The position numbers and the translations under genes are program-made. The notes under the pieces were generated by a model. The model was given only the letters and a program-made list of their open reading frames with translations. It had not been told where the DNA came from and searched no databases. A stretch of DNA of 64,000 bases, taken from assembly GCA_945787955.1 (NCBI GenBank), contig CALZKF010000004.1:500-64499 (forward strand), given 5' to 3'. Of the stretch, positions 30,611 through 39,977 are shown one piece after another (the stretch's first letter is position 1; every line of letters begins with the position of its first letter). This DNA is from an uncultured Acidobacteriota bacterium (GTDB lineage: Bacteria > Acidobacteriota > Polarisedimenticolia > Polarisedimenticolales > Polarisedimenticolaceae).

Positions 30611-32242
30611 CTACTCCTGCATGAACGGGTACCGGAAGTCGGTGGGGGCGTCCAGGTTCTCCTTGATCGTTCTCGGGTTGACCCAGCGGACCAGGGTGAG
30701 GTAGCTACCGGCTTTGTCGTTGGTTCCCGACGCCCGGCCGCCGCCGAACGGCTGCTGGCCGACCACGGCGCCTGTCGGCTTGTCGTTGATATAGAAGTTG
30801 CCGGCGGAGTTGGTCAGAGCGTCGGTCATCTTCACGATGACGTCACGGTCCTTGGCGAAGATGGCGCCGGTGAGACCGTAATCCGAGCCCTGGTCGCACA
30901 GCTGCAGGGTCTTATCGAGCCGGTTGTCGGGGTATACGTAAATCGTCAGCACCGGGCCGAAGATCTCTTCACGCATGAGCTTGAAGTCCGGCTTCTTCGC
31001 CAGCACCACCGTCGGCTCGATGAAAAATCCCTTGCGGGCGTTGCAGCCGCCGCCATGGAGGATGCGGGCGTCTTTGGACCGCTTGGCGTAGTTGATGTAG
31101 CTCCGGATGTCGTTGAAGGCGTGCTGGTCGATGACGGCGCCCATGAAGTTGGTGTACACCGCCGGGTCGCCCATCTCCAGCCTATCGAGATCTTTCTGCA
31201 TTCGCTTCCACAGCCTGGGCCACAATGATTTGGGGATGTAGGCCCGGGAGGCTGCGGAGCATTTCTGACCCTGGAACTCGAACGCGCCACGGATCAGGGC
31301 GGTGGCAAGCTGGTCCACGTCCGCCGACTTGTGGGCGAACACGAAATCCTTGCCTCCGGTCTCGCCCACGATCCGCGGGTAGTACTTGTAGCGGTCGATG
31401 TTCTCGCCGATGGTCTTCCACATCCCTTTGAACACCGCAGTGGAGCCGGTGAAGTGCACACCGGCCAGGTCGGGGCTGGCCATCACAGGGTCGCCGACGT
31501 CGCCGCCGCTTCCCGGAACCATGTTGATGACACCGGCCGGCAGGCCTGCCTCTTCCAGGATCTCCATTATGAAGTGCGCCGCGTACACCGCCGACGATGC
31601 CGGTTTCCAGACTACCGTGTTGCCCATCAACGCCGGCGCCGTCGGCAGGTTGCCGGCGATGCTGGTGAAATTGAACGGCGTCACCGCGAACACGAACCCT
31701 TCCAGTGGACGATGCTCCAGGTAGTTCCAGCAGGCGGTGCCGGACTCCGGCTGCTGCATGTAGATCTGCTGCATGTACAGCGGATTGAAGCGCCAGAAGT
31801 CGATCAATTCGCAGGCCGCATCGATCTCCGCCTGGTGGCATGTCTTGGATTGGCCCAGGACGGTGGCGGCGTTGAGCACATGGCGGTATTTCCCGGTCAG
31901 GAGTTCCGCGGCCTTCAGGAAGACGGCGGCCCGGTGATGCCACGGTGTGGCGGCCCATGCTTCCCGGGCATCCAGGGCTGCATCGATCGCCCGCTGCACC
32001 TCCTTCTTGCCGCATTTGTGCCAGTGAGCCAGAACGTGGCCGTGATCGTGGGGCATCACCGCTTTCGCCAGCTTGCCGGTGCGTATTTTGCGGCCGCCGA
32101 TACGGGCAGGGATCTCGATCGCCCTGCCGGAGAGACGCTTGATCCAGGCTTCCAGCCCTTTGCGCTCCGGACTGCCCGGCGTGTACGGCAGGATAGGTTC
32201 GTTGTACGGTTCGGGAACGTCGAAGATACCGTTCGCCATCAC
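30611..32242 (-). CDS. pruA: L-glutamate gamma-semialdehyde (1-pyrroline-5-carboxylate) dehydrogenase
   Basis: 543-aa ALDH-superfamily protein. VGETGGKDF and FEFQGQKCSAASR (catalytic Cys) are present, and the N-terminus is typical of stand-alone P5C dehydrogenases. AGGAG SD is present. Confidence 0.88.
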   Translation of the reverse strand: MMANGIFDVPEPYNEPILPYTPGSPERKGLEAWIKRLSGRAIEIPARIGGRKIRTGKLAKAVMPHDHGHVLAHWHKCGKKEVQRAIDAALDAREAWAATPWHHRAAVFLKAAELLTGKYRHVLNAATVLGQSKTCHQAEIDAACELIDFWRFNPLYMQQIYMQQPESGTACWNYLEHRPLEGFVFAVTPFNFTSIAGNLPTAPALMGNTVVWKPASSAVYAAHFIMEILEEAGLPAGVINMVPGSGGDVGDPVMASPDLAGVHFTGSTAVFKGMWKTIGENIDRYKYYPRIVGETGGKDFVFAHKSADVDQLATALIRGAFEFQGQKCSAASRAYIPKSLWPRLWKRMQKDLDRLEMGDPAVYTNFMGAVIDQHAFNDIRSYINYAKRSKDARILHGGGCNARKGFFIEPTVVLAKKPDFKLMREEIFGPVLTIYVYPDNRLDKTLQLCDQGSDYGLTGAIFAKDRDVIVKMTDALTNSAGNFYINDKPTGAVVGQQPFGGGRASGTNDKAGSYLTLVRWVNPRTIKENLDAPTDFRYPFMQE

Positions 32243-32324
32243 TCGATCTCCTACGGATTGGATAAAAGAATGAGTGGCATTCTAGCTGTTTCGGGCAAGA
32301 TTTGCCGCCGGGCGGGGGAGCGGA

Positions 32325-32594
32325 TCAGTCGCTTTCCTTCAGGGTTTCCTGGACCAGATCGCTGTACTCCGAGGTCGCCTGTTGCATCTGCTGCAGGTTG
32401 GGCAGGCCGGTTTCCCGGAGGGCTCCCGCCGCATCGGTCTGGCCATGGTCGGAGACCGGACCGGCCCCTTCCGCGCCAGGGAGCTGTGCCAGGGTCGGGG
32501 TGACCGATTTCCAGGATTTCGCCGCCAGCAGCAGAACCACCGCCAGGACTACCAGCAGAACCACCATCCCTACCCCGCTACCTTTTCCTCTCAT
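32325..32594 (-). CDS. Hypothetical small membrane-anchored protein
   Basis: One TM helix (MVVLLVVLAVVLLLAA) and an acidic tail. It lies upstream of and co-directional with pruA. The start is uncertain, and an internal ATG is possible. Confidence 0.4.
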   Translation of the reverse strand: MRGKGSGVGMVVLLVVLAVVLLLAAKSWKSVTPTLAQLPGAEGAGPVSDHGQTDAAGALRETGLPNLQQMQQATSEYSDLVQETLKESD

Positions 32595-32675
32595 ACGGAG
32601 AATGTAGGGCCGTCCGGCCCTGTGTTCAAGAGCCCGGCCCCCGGATAGAATGAGAGCGGGGGTGGGAGAAGCCGG

Positions 32676-33566
32676 ATGTTATTAACAAGGAAGCTGTTCC
32701 TGTTGGCGTTGCTGACGGTGGTGGTCTCCCTGCCGGCGGGGGCGACCAGGCCGCATTACCCGTCCCCGGAGGAACAGATCCATCGCAAACTGTCCACTGC
32801 ACGGGAACGGGCCGGTCTTTCCGCTCTGGAGCGGCGGGATGAACTGGATGCCGTGGCCCGGGCCCGGGCCGGGGCAATTGCGGCCAGACCGGCCAAAAAG
32901 CGGCTGGGCGGGTCGAGGCCGGTAGGGGAGATCCTGAAGGATGGCGGCGGCAGTTACCGCCAGGCGGTGGAACGGCTGATCCTGATCCGGAACATTGACC
33001 AGGTAACCGGTGTCATGGAGAGGTGGGAGGCCGATAGCGATGCGTGGCAAACAGTCACCACCGCCAGATTTGACGCTGTCGGTTACGGCACGGCCCGTGC
33101 GGATGACGGCTGGATAGTGTTCGTTGCGATCATGGTCCGGGACATGGTGATCCGGAATTCCGCCGAGGAGATCGCGGCTATGGAGCAGGCGGTGCTGGAG
33201 CGGATCAATCGGATCCGGAAGGAGCGCGGCCTCTTCGAACTGCTGCCGACGGCGGACCTCGCCACAGCGGCCAGGGCCCACTCCCGGGATATGGTGGCGA
33301 ATGATTTCTTCGGCCACGCCGACCGATCGGGGAAGAAAGCTGTCGGCAGGGTGCGGGCGACCGGTATGAAATTCCGGGGTGTGGCGGAGAACCTGACCAT
33401 GAACAACAACCCGGACACCCCGGCGGAACAGGCGGTGCAGGACTGGATGAACAGCCCGGGACACCGCCGTAACATCCTGGACGGCAGCTTCCAGATCACC
33501 GGTGTCGGCCTGGCGGTTTCCGACGACGGCCGCTACTACTTCACGCAATTGTTCCTGGTCCCGTAA
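32676..33566 (+). CDS. Secreted CAP/SCP (YkwD-like) domain protein, two CAP-like halves
   Basis: Signal peptide present. AARAHSRDMVANDFFGH, VAENL and WMNSPGHRRNIL motifs occur in the C-terminal half. The N-terminal half has a similar layout but is more divergent. Confidence 0.8.
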   Translation: MLLTRKLFLLALLTVVVSLPAGATRPHYPSPEEQIHRKLSTARERAGLSALERRDELDAVARARAGAIAARPAKKRLGGSRPVGEILKDGGGSYRQAVERLILIRNIDQVTGVMERWEADSDAWQTVTTARFDAVGYGTARADDGWIVFVAIMVRDMVIRNSAEEIAAMEQAVLERINRIRKERGLFELLPTADLATAARAHSRDMVANDFFGHADRSGKKAVGRVRATGMKFRGVAENLTMNNNPDTPAEQAVQDWMNSPGHRRNILDGSFQITGVGLAVSDDGRYYFTQLFLVP

Positions 33567-34495
33567 TGAGGCCGGTTCGCGGACGGTTCGCTCCCAGCCC
33601 TACCGGGGACATGCATGTGGGCAACGCTTCTTCCGCGCTGCTGGCCTGGCTGTCGGTCCGGGCCCGGTCAGGCGTCATGGTCATGCGGATGGAGGACCTG
33701 GACCTGCCCCGGGTCCGGCCAGGCTCGGCGCAACGGATCCTGGAAGATCTTAGATGGCTCGGCCTGGACTGGGATGAGGGACCGGTGTCCCAGTCGGATC
33801 GTTTTTCCAGGTACGACGCAGCCTTCCAGAAGCTCAAGCGAGCCGGCCGGGTCTATCCCTGTTTCTGCAGCCGCAAGGATGTGGCCGCCGCCGCCAGTGC
33901 GCCTCAGGAGCCGGGAGATGAGACACGCTACCCGGGTACCTGCCGTGACCTGCCGCCGGGACAGGCGAAAATTCGAACCGCAAACGGTGACCGCCATGTC
34001 TGGCGTTTTCGGGTGGAGGCGCCCTGCGCTCCACCTTTCCAGGACCTGGTCCACGGTCAGCAGGGCGGACCGGGAACCTCGCCGCCGGGTGATTTCATTG
34101 TTCGCAGGTTTGACGGGACGCCCAGCTACCACCTGGCGGTGACGGTGGATGACATGGAGATGGGCATCAGCGAGGTAGTCCGGGGTGATGACCTCCTGCC
34201 GTCGGCGGCGAGGCAGATCCTCCTGTTCCAGGCGTTGGAAGGCGAGCCGCCGGTATATGGCCATGTACCGCTGATTCTGGGACCGGATGGCGTTCGATTG
34301 TCCAAGCGGCACCGGGGCGTGACAGTTCGGGAACTGAGGGCTTCGGGCTGGACCGCAGGGCAACTGGCCGGGGAGTTGCTGGAGCTGCTGGGGCAGAGGG
34401 GGCCGGGGGAGCATTGTGGATTGGAGGGCGTGCTGAACCGGTTTGACCTGAGAACGGTAAAAGCCTGTCCCGAAGGGATATTTTGGATTAATTGA
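33566..34495 (+). CDS. gluQ: Glutamyl-Q tRNA(Asp) synthetase
   Basis: RFAPSPTGDMHVGN, the zinc-site region YPCFCSRKD...YPGTCR, and RLSKRH. TAATG overlap with the upstream gene. Confidence 0.88.
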   Translation: MRPVRGRFAPSPTGDMHVGNASSALLAWLSVRARSGVMVMRMEDLDLPRVRPGSAQRILEDLRWLGLDWDEGPVSQSDRFSRYDAAFQKLKRAGRVYPCFCSRKDVAAAASAPQEPGDETRYPGTCRDLPPGQAKIRTANGDRHVWRFRVEAPCAPPFQDLVHGQQGGPGTSPPGDFIVRRFDGTPSYHLAVTVDDMEMGISEVVRGDDLLPSAARQILLFQALEGEPPVYGHVPLILGPDGVRLSKRHRGVTVRELRASGWTAGQLAGELLELLGQRGPGEHCGLEGVLNRFDLRTVKACPEGIFWIN

Positions 34496-34615
34496 CCTTT
34501 TTGGCCCAGTTCTCAAGATAATTTTATAGCTTCTTAAAACGTTAATAACAATATTTCAGGTAGGCGCCATGAATGAACAGGGTTGAGGAATCCTGCCGTA
34601 ACGGAGTACCGGCCT

Positions 34616-35044
34616 ATGTTGACTGAACCAAACACTGAGTCCCAACCGATGAAGCGAATTCTGGTCGTGGATGACGAGAAGGTCATCAACCGGGTGGTGT
34701 CGGATATCCTGCGAAAGGAAGGTTTTGAAGTCATCGCCAGTTACGACGGCCATGACGCTGTCACCGCCTTCAAAAAATTCCGCCCCCACCTGGTCATCAT
34801 GGACGTGATGATGCCGAAAGAGAACGGCTACCGTGTGGCACGCCGGATGAAAACCGCCTGCAGGGCATGCCACACCCTCCGGGAGCCGAAGATCATGCTT
34901 CTTACGGCCCGGGACCTGAGCCACGACCCGGCCAGGGAGAACACCATGCACCTGTTTTCCATGGCCGATACCTACATGTACAAACCGTTTGTTGTGGAAG
35001 AACTCCTGGAAAAGGTCCGAACGCTATTGCAGTCGCCTGCGTAG
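34616..35044 (+). CDS. Stand-alone response-regulator receiver (CheY-like)
   Basis: ILVVDDE, the LVIMDVMMP phospho-acceptor Asp and YMYKPF Lys. Start choice is uncertain among 34583 (TTG), 34616 and 34649. Confidence 0.8.
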   Translation: MLTEPNTESQPMKRILVVDDEKVINRVVSDILRKEGFEVIASYDGHDAVTAFKKFRPHLVIMDVMMPKENGYRVARRMKTACRACHTLREPKIMLLTARDLSHDPARENTMHLFSMADTYMYKPFVVEELLEKVRTLLQSPA

Positions 35045-35051
35045 GAGGAGG

Positions 35052-36443
35052 TCATTCCAGGGCTTCCGGCAGCCTTGGAACGGTCTCCTCCGCTTCAGCC
35101 AGGGCGAAACCCAGAACCGCCATGGCGGCCACATTCTTCGCCAGAAGATCAGGGTCGACCTTGTCCAGCGTATCGGCCATGGAGTGGTGCCAGTCGAAGT
35201 AGTATGTCGTGTCCTGGCGCTGACCGATCTGGGGAACGCCGTAAGGTTTCAGCGGAGAAATGTCGGCGCCGCCGCCGCCGTCCCGGACAGCATCGGCTCC
35301 GATGACGGCAAGGGGCGCCGCCCATTCCGTGAGCAGTTCCACTGCGCCTGCACCGGCGCTGACACCGAACCCGAGGGGGGCTCCTGCGCCTGCGTCCGAC
35401 TCCAGTGCGGCGACGATGTTCCCCGTCTCCGCGGCGTGGGCCAGGGCGTAGGCCTTCCCTCCCCATAAACCGTTCTCCTCTCCGGTATAGAGGACCCCCC
35501 GCAGGGAGCGTCGCGGCGTCAGGCCTGCTGCACGGATGATCCGGAGGCTCTCCATCACCATGATGCATCCTGCACCGTCATCGATGGCCCCGGTGCCCAG
35601 ATCCCAGGAATCGAAGTGGCAGGCCAGGATGACCACCTGCTCCGGTTTCTCACGGCCCCGGATTTCCGCCACTACATTGGCCGATGCGGCCATCGGCAGG
35701 TTGCGGCAGCCGAGCTCGAAATGCAGCGTGACCTTTTCGCCTGCCGCCAGCAGACGCTGGATCAACTCGCTGTCTTCCGCCGAGATCGAGGCGGCTGGAA
35801 TTTTCGGAATACCGTCCTCGTACCGCATCATGCCGGTGTGTGGCAGGCGGTAAGCTGCGGTTCCGAGGGAACGGTTCATGGCGGCCACCGCCCCCAGCTT
35901 CGCCGCCTCGGTGGCGCCGGTGACCCGGTAGGTTGCCGCCGAGCCGTATCCCGCCTCCCGGCCGCCGTTCCGGACGATCGGCCGGGTGTACAGGACGATT
36001 TTGCCCCGGACCTCTTCGCCCAGCAGCTTCAACTCGTCGTAGTTGTCCACCGCCACAACCTCTGCCGTGATCCCCCCTTCCGGAGTCGAAATGCTGCCCC
36101 CCAGTGCGGTGATGACCACCGGGTGGACCGTCGGGGAAACCACCCGGGCTGTCTCTTTGCCTCGCACCCAGTGCGGGACCGCGACCGGTTCGGTGTGGAC
36201 GTTTTCCTGGCCGTCGTTGCGAAACTCCTCCGTCGCCCACTCGATCGCCTTTTCCAGGTTGGCGGAACCTGTGATCCTGGGACCGATTCGGTCGGTGAGC
36301 CAGGCCAGCCGGTGGTAGGCGTGATGATCGGCCAGAGCGGCTTCCAGGATGCGTTCTGCGGCGGTCCTGTCCCGATCGTTCCCGAGGGCGGTCGCCGGCG
36401 GCATGGCCAGCAACGCGGCCAGGAGTACGATTATTGCTTGCAT
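35052..36443 (-). CDS. M28-family aminopeptidase with PA domain, secreted
   Basis: Signal peptide MQAIIVLLAALLAMPPATA. Zn ligand contexts HFDSWDLGTGAIDDGAG, TGEENGLWG and DWHHSMAD. GGGAGG SD is present. Confidence 0.85.
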   Translation of the reverse strand: MQAIIVLLAALLAMPPATALGNDRDRTAAERILEAALADHHAYHRLAWLTDRIGPRITGSANLEKAIEWATEEFRNDGQENVHTEPVAVPHWVRGKETARVVSPTVHPVVITALGGSISTPEGGITAEVVAVDNYDELKLLGEEVRGKIVLYTRPIVRNGGREAGYGSAATYRVTGATEAAKLGAVAAMNRSLGTAAYRLPHTGMMRYEDGIPKIPAASISAEDSELIQRLLAAGEKVTLHFELGCRNLPMAASANVVAEIRGREKPEQVVILACHFDSWDLGTGAIDDGAGCIMVMESLRIIRAAGLTPRRSLRGVLYTGEENGLWGGKAYALAHAAETGNIVAALESDAGAGAPLGFGVSAGAGAVELLTEWAAPLAVIGADAVRDGGGGADISPLKPYGVPQIGQRQDTTYYFDWHHSMADTLDKVDPDLLAKNVAAMAVLGFALAEAEETVPRLPEALE

Positions 36444-36509
36444 GAGTCCTCCCGTGTGCGACAGATCATTATGCCATGCAAGAATGTATGGCCAGAACAG
36501 GAGGCCCCG

Positions 36510-37742
36510 ATGATTCTGAAGCCGTTTCGTGGCTGGCGCCCGGCGGAGGAGCTGTCCTCCAGGATTCCCAGTTACCCGTATGACGTAGTCGGGCCGGACG
36601 AGGCCCGTGAGGCGGTACGGGATAATCCGTATTCCTTCCTGCATGTGGTCCGGCCTGAAATCGATCTCCCGGAAGGGGTCTCACCCTACGACGATCAGGT
36701 CTACGCCATGGCCGGTGTGAATCTCCGCGGGATGCAGGACCGGGGGTGGCTTGTCCAGGATGAAGCGCCGTCGTTCTACATCTATCGCATGACCATGGGA
36801 GCGCATGTCCAGACCGGGCTGGTCGGGGCGGCGTCGGTGGCGGAATACGACGACGGCAGGATAAGGAAGCACGAACACACCCTGCCGAAGAAGGAGGATG
36901 ACCGGGTCCGCCACATGGAGGCGTTATCGGCCCAGGTCGGGCCGGTGCTGGTCGCTTACCCGGATAATCCTGAAATGGATCACCTGGTCAATGAGATCAC
37001 CGCCGGCGCGCCGGCAACCGACTTCGTAGCTTCGGACGGTATCCGGCACCAGCTCTGGCATGTGGATGACGGCTCCCTGGTTGACCGGATCGAAAAACTG
37101 TATGCCTGCGTGCCCGGCAGCTACATCGCCGATGGCCATCACCGGGCCGCCGCTTCGTCCAGGGTTGCCGCGGCGCGGCGCGAACTGGGCGAGGGACCGG
37201 AGTCTGCTTCACAGTATTTTTTGACCATCCAGTTTCCGGCAGGACGGATGCAGGTTCTGGAGTACAACCGGCTGGTGCGGGATCTGGGCGGCCTGGACGC
37301 AGGCGGTTTTCGCCGCAGGGTCGTGGAGGCCGGGTTCTCGCTGAAACGCTCCGAGGCCGGCAGGAAGCCACCCGGGCGGGGCTGCTTCGGCTTGATTCTG
37401 GAAGGGGTGTGGTATCTGCTGCAGGCATCGCCGGACATGGTCAACGGGACCGGCCCGGTGGATCTGCTGGACGTTTCCATCCTCACCGAGCACCTTCTCA
37501 AACCGGTGCTGGGGATCGGGGATCCCCGATCGGACCCCCGGCTGGAGTGCGTCGGCGGCATACGGGGAGCGGATTATTTGGAACGCCAGGTGAGTACTGG
37601 CCGGTTCGCCGCCGGGTTCGTGCTGTACCCCACCAGTATTCAGGAGGTCATGGCCGTCGCCGACGCCGGGGAGGTCATGCCGCCTAAAAGCACATGGTTC
37701 GAGCCGAAAGCCCGTTCAGGCATGGTATTCCGCGAAATTTAA
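36510..37742 (+). CDS. DUF1015 family protein
   Basis: MILKPFRGWRP..., YPYDVV, IRKHEHTLPKKEDDR and ADGHHR motifs. AGGAGG SD is present. The track ORF is extended ~900 nt upstream into the antisense of the M28 gene. Confidence 0.85.
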   Translation: MILKPFRGWRPAEELSSRIPSYPYDVVGPDEAREAVRDNPYSFLHVVRPEIDLPEGVSPYDDQVYAMAGVNLRGMQDRGWLVQDEAPSFYIYRMTMGAHVQTGLVGAASVAEYDDGRIRKHEHTLPKKEDDRVRHMEALSAQVGPVLVAYPDNPEMDHLVNEITAGAPATDFVASDGIRHQLWHVDDGSLVDRIEKLYACVPGSYIADGHHRAAASSRVAAARRELGEGPESASQYFLTIQFPAGRMQVLEYNRLVRDLGGLDAGGFRRRVVEAGFSLKRSEAGRKPPGRGCFGLILEGVWYLLQASPDMVNGTGPVDLLDVSILTEHLLKPVLGIGDPRSDPRLECVGGIRGADYLERQVSTGRFAAGFVLYPTSIQEVMAVADAGEVMPPKSTWFEPKARSGMVFREI

Positions 37743-38054
37743 TTTCGGGGACAGGCACCTTAACCCGGGTTTCGGGGACACCCTTCCAGCAGCCAAGAGC
37801 AAGACTTCTGAGCTGAGGAGGCAGGTCTCAACCTCCACGCTTGCCTGATCTCCTGTCTTATCACTAGCCGTCGTGGGATGTCGATTTGGAATAACCCTTC
37901 CTGACGGGATATACCAAATCGACATCCTCCGACGGCCGTTCAAGGGCGCTGCAATCGAAGAGCAGGCTGTGCCTTCATGCGAACAGTCGTATGGGCTGAC
38001 TGCGATTATCGATGGGTGTCCCCGAAACCCGGGTTAAGGTGCCTGTCCCCGAAA
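37743..38054. repeat. 312-bp element bounded by perfect 41-bp inverted repeats, with a nested internal hairpin (MITE/REP-like element or structured RNA)
   Basis: 37743-37783 is the exact reverse complement of 38014-38054. An inner hairpin pairs 37867-37889 with 37914-37936 (21/23). No credible ORF lies inside, and the element abuts both flanking stop codons. Confidence 0.8.
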
Positions 38055-38822
38055 CTAGAGAAGCATATGGCGGAGCTTGTTCCGGATGACGGTGTGCAGA
38101 TTCGGTCTCCGGTTGAGCAGCCTGAGCGCGGGCAGAGGAAGCAGTTGCACCATCTGCTCGGCAAGCGGAAGAGGCGTCCGGACATGACAGATAATTTCCA
38201 GCAACACATCCGGTTTGTCCTTCCAGCGCTGGCTGGCGGCGATCTGTTCGAGAGTCCGAGACATCAGGTGGATGTTGTCGAGAAGAGCAAGAAGCTCCGA
38301 TTCCCGCAGATGTGGATTCCTAGCAAGCGAATCGAGAACCAGGGGATGTACTTCGTGAAGGAGAATTTCTCGCTCCGATGAGCTGAGAGATCGTATGGCT
38401 ATGGTGGTCCGCAGAGGCACCGGGATCAATCCGAGGGCGTTCCGGATCTCTCTTGCCGGGGAGCCCGGATTAATGTGGGATAACGGTCCAGGCGGGTTCC
38501 TCTCTATCAGACGCTGTAAAATTGATTCCAGACGGAGCCGTTCCTCCTGAGTGATCGAGTCGAACTCCAGCGCCAGGGCAGTGCTGGAATTGTCCTCATG
38601 CTCGGACACTCGAGCGACCCGACCGGACAATTCCGCCTGCAGGTCACCGCTGGGTGCTTCCAGCCGGAAGCTCACCGTTTCGTCCGCCGGCCAGGGGATC
38701 CCCCCTACAAGCATCACGCCGGTGCGGCTGAGATCGTTGGCCGTACACGGGTAATCCCGGCCACGGTAATGCACCACCGCCGGGATACCGGCCTTGAATC
38801 TGACTTTTCGGTCAGGTGCCAT
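38055..38822 (-). CDS. PilZ-domain protein with helical-repeat C-terminal domain
   Basis: N-terminal DRKVRFK ... NDLSRTG (RxxxR-like and DxSxxG PilZ motifs). The C-terminal half is leucine-rich helical repeats. Confidence 0.7.
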   Translation of the reverse strand: MAPDRKVRFKAGIPAVVHYRGRDYPCTANDLSRTGVMLVGGIPWPADETVSFRLEAPSGDLQAELSGRVARVSEHEDNSSTALALEFDSITQEERLRLESILQRLIERNPPGPLSHINPGSPAREIRNALGLIPVPLRTTIAIRSLSSSEREILLHEVHPLVLDSLARNPHLRESELLALLDNIHLMSRTLEQIAASQRWKDKPDVLLEIICHVRTPLPLAEQMVQLLPLPALRLLNRRPNLHTVIRNKLRHMLL

Positions 38823-38935
38823 GGTTTTGTCCAGCTCCCTGAATATCCTACCTGAAATCGGGCTCCGAGAAAGTAGACCAACGCGGGTTCCTATCCTATT
38901 TTGATTATGGTGGTTATGGGTGTATTTTCGCGAGC

Positions 38936-39970
38936 ATGAATTTCCAGATCGACATCGACCAGAACATTCTCAAGATGGTGGCCCACCTGGATCATTTCCG
39001 GGGGGTCTGGTCCGGGGGGGCAGGCATCCCCGCCACCCGGCGTGCCCGGCTCCGTGAGGAGGCCACGGTTCTGTCCACTTTAACCGCCTGCACTATGGGC
39101 GGGGTTGCCGTGACCGAGGAGGAAATTCGAAATGCCGGGGCCGACGGAGTTGTTGCATCACCGAAGCACCAGCAGGTCGTGGGGTTCCTCACAGCTCTGA
39201 AACGGGCCCATAGTGATAACGCCGCCATGGTGACCACCCGGACACTGCGGGATTACCACGCCATTATCCTGGGCTGTCCTGACAATGCTTTCATGCCCTC
39301 GGACTGGCGGACAACGCCGTACGACCGGGAAGCGTTTGATTCCGACGGCAACGCCCTGGGACGGGTGTTCACCACCCTGCCACCGCACGCCGTGCCTGAC
39401 TCCATGGAAGATCTGGTGACCTGGCTCGAGCTGGAACTCCACGGTAGAGAGAACCATCCGCTCCTGGTGATCGGCGCCGTTTCACTGGCCATGACCGCCG
39501 CCAGCCCGTTCAGCAAAGGCAACGGCCGCCTGGTCTGGGTCATGATCGCCCGGCTCATGGAGCGGGCAGGTTATGCCTACGTGCCGTACGCCAGGCTGCT
39601 CACCGGAGAGCTGCGGGAGCGAACCGCGTACTACGATGCCCTGGACCGTTCCCAGAACCGGATCTGGAGTGGCGATGCCGACCTGCGCCCCTGGCTGACG
39701 TTCTTCCTGGAGACCCTGGTCGGGCATGCCGATCGAGTACGGGCAATCGCCGAGGTGGAGCACGATTCCACTTCGTACTCGCCGCTGCAGCGTAAGATCG
39801 TCGAAATCGTCAAGAAACACGGCAGCGCGGAAGCCGGTCTGTTGATGCGGACCACCGGCGCCAACCGCAACACCCTGAAGGACAACCTTCGCCGCCTGGT
39901 GGACCGGGGCAACCTGGAACGGCTGGGGAAACGCCGGGGCACCCGGTACCGTATACCAACCGACCTGTAA
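38936..39970 (+). CDS. Fic/DOC family protein with degenerate Fic motif and C-terminal winged-helix domain
   Basis: The layout is Fic_N-like N-terminus, core helix bundle, then wHTH (RNTLKDNLRRLVDRGNLERLGKRRGTRY). The motif position reads SPFSKGNGRLVW instead of HPFx(D/E)GNGRxxR. Confidence 0.75.
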   Translation: MNFQIDIDQNILKMVAHLDHFRGVWSGGAGIPATRRARLREEATVLSTLTACTMGGVAVTEEEIRNAGADGVVASPKHQQVVGFLTALKRAHSDNAAMVTTRTLRDYHAIILGCPDNAFMPSDWRTTPYDREAFDSDGNALGRVFTTLPPHAVPDSMEDLVTWLELELHGRENHPLLVIGAVSLAMTAASPFSKGNGRLVWVMIARLMERAGYAYVPYARLLTGELRERTAYYDALDRSQNRIWSGDADLRPWLTFFLETLVGHADRVRAIAEVEHDSTSYSPLQRKIVEIVKKHGSAEAGLLMRTTGANRNTLKDNLRRLVDRGNLERLGKRRGTRYRIPTDL

Positions 39971-39977
39971 GCAGGCT

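Noticed and set aside
34540-34549. The 10-mer CGTTAATAAC upstream of the response regulator is identical to part of the higBA operator region (30523-30532).
   Set aside because: It is a single short AT-rich match inside an AT-rich promoter region. No second half-site or palindrome is present at 34540, so it is likely chance.
35616-36509. 5' extensions of track ORFs: DUF1015 35616-36509, BNR 25828-26079, DUF3365 50329-50823, DUF697 60428-60868, msrAB 16459-16659, VTC 51935-52150, ftcD 41652-41897.
   Set aside because: The extensions are antisense to, or overlap, neighbouring real genes and are not protein-like. Internal ATGs with good SD sites coincide with the family-typical N-termini.
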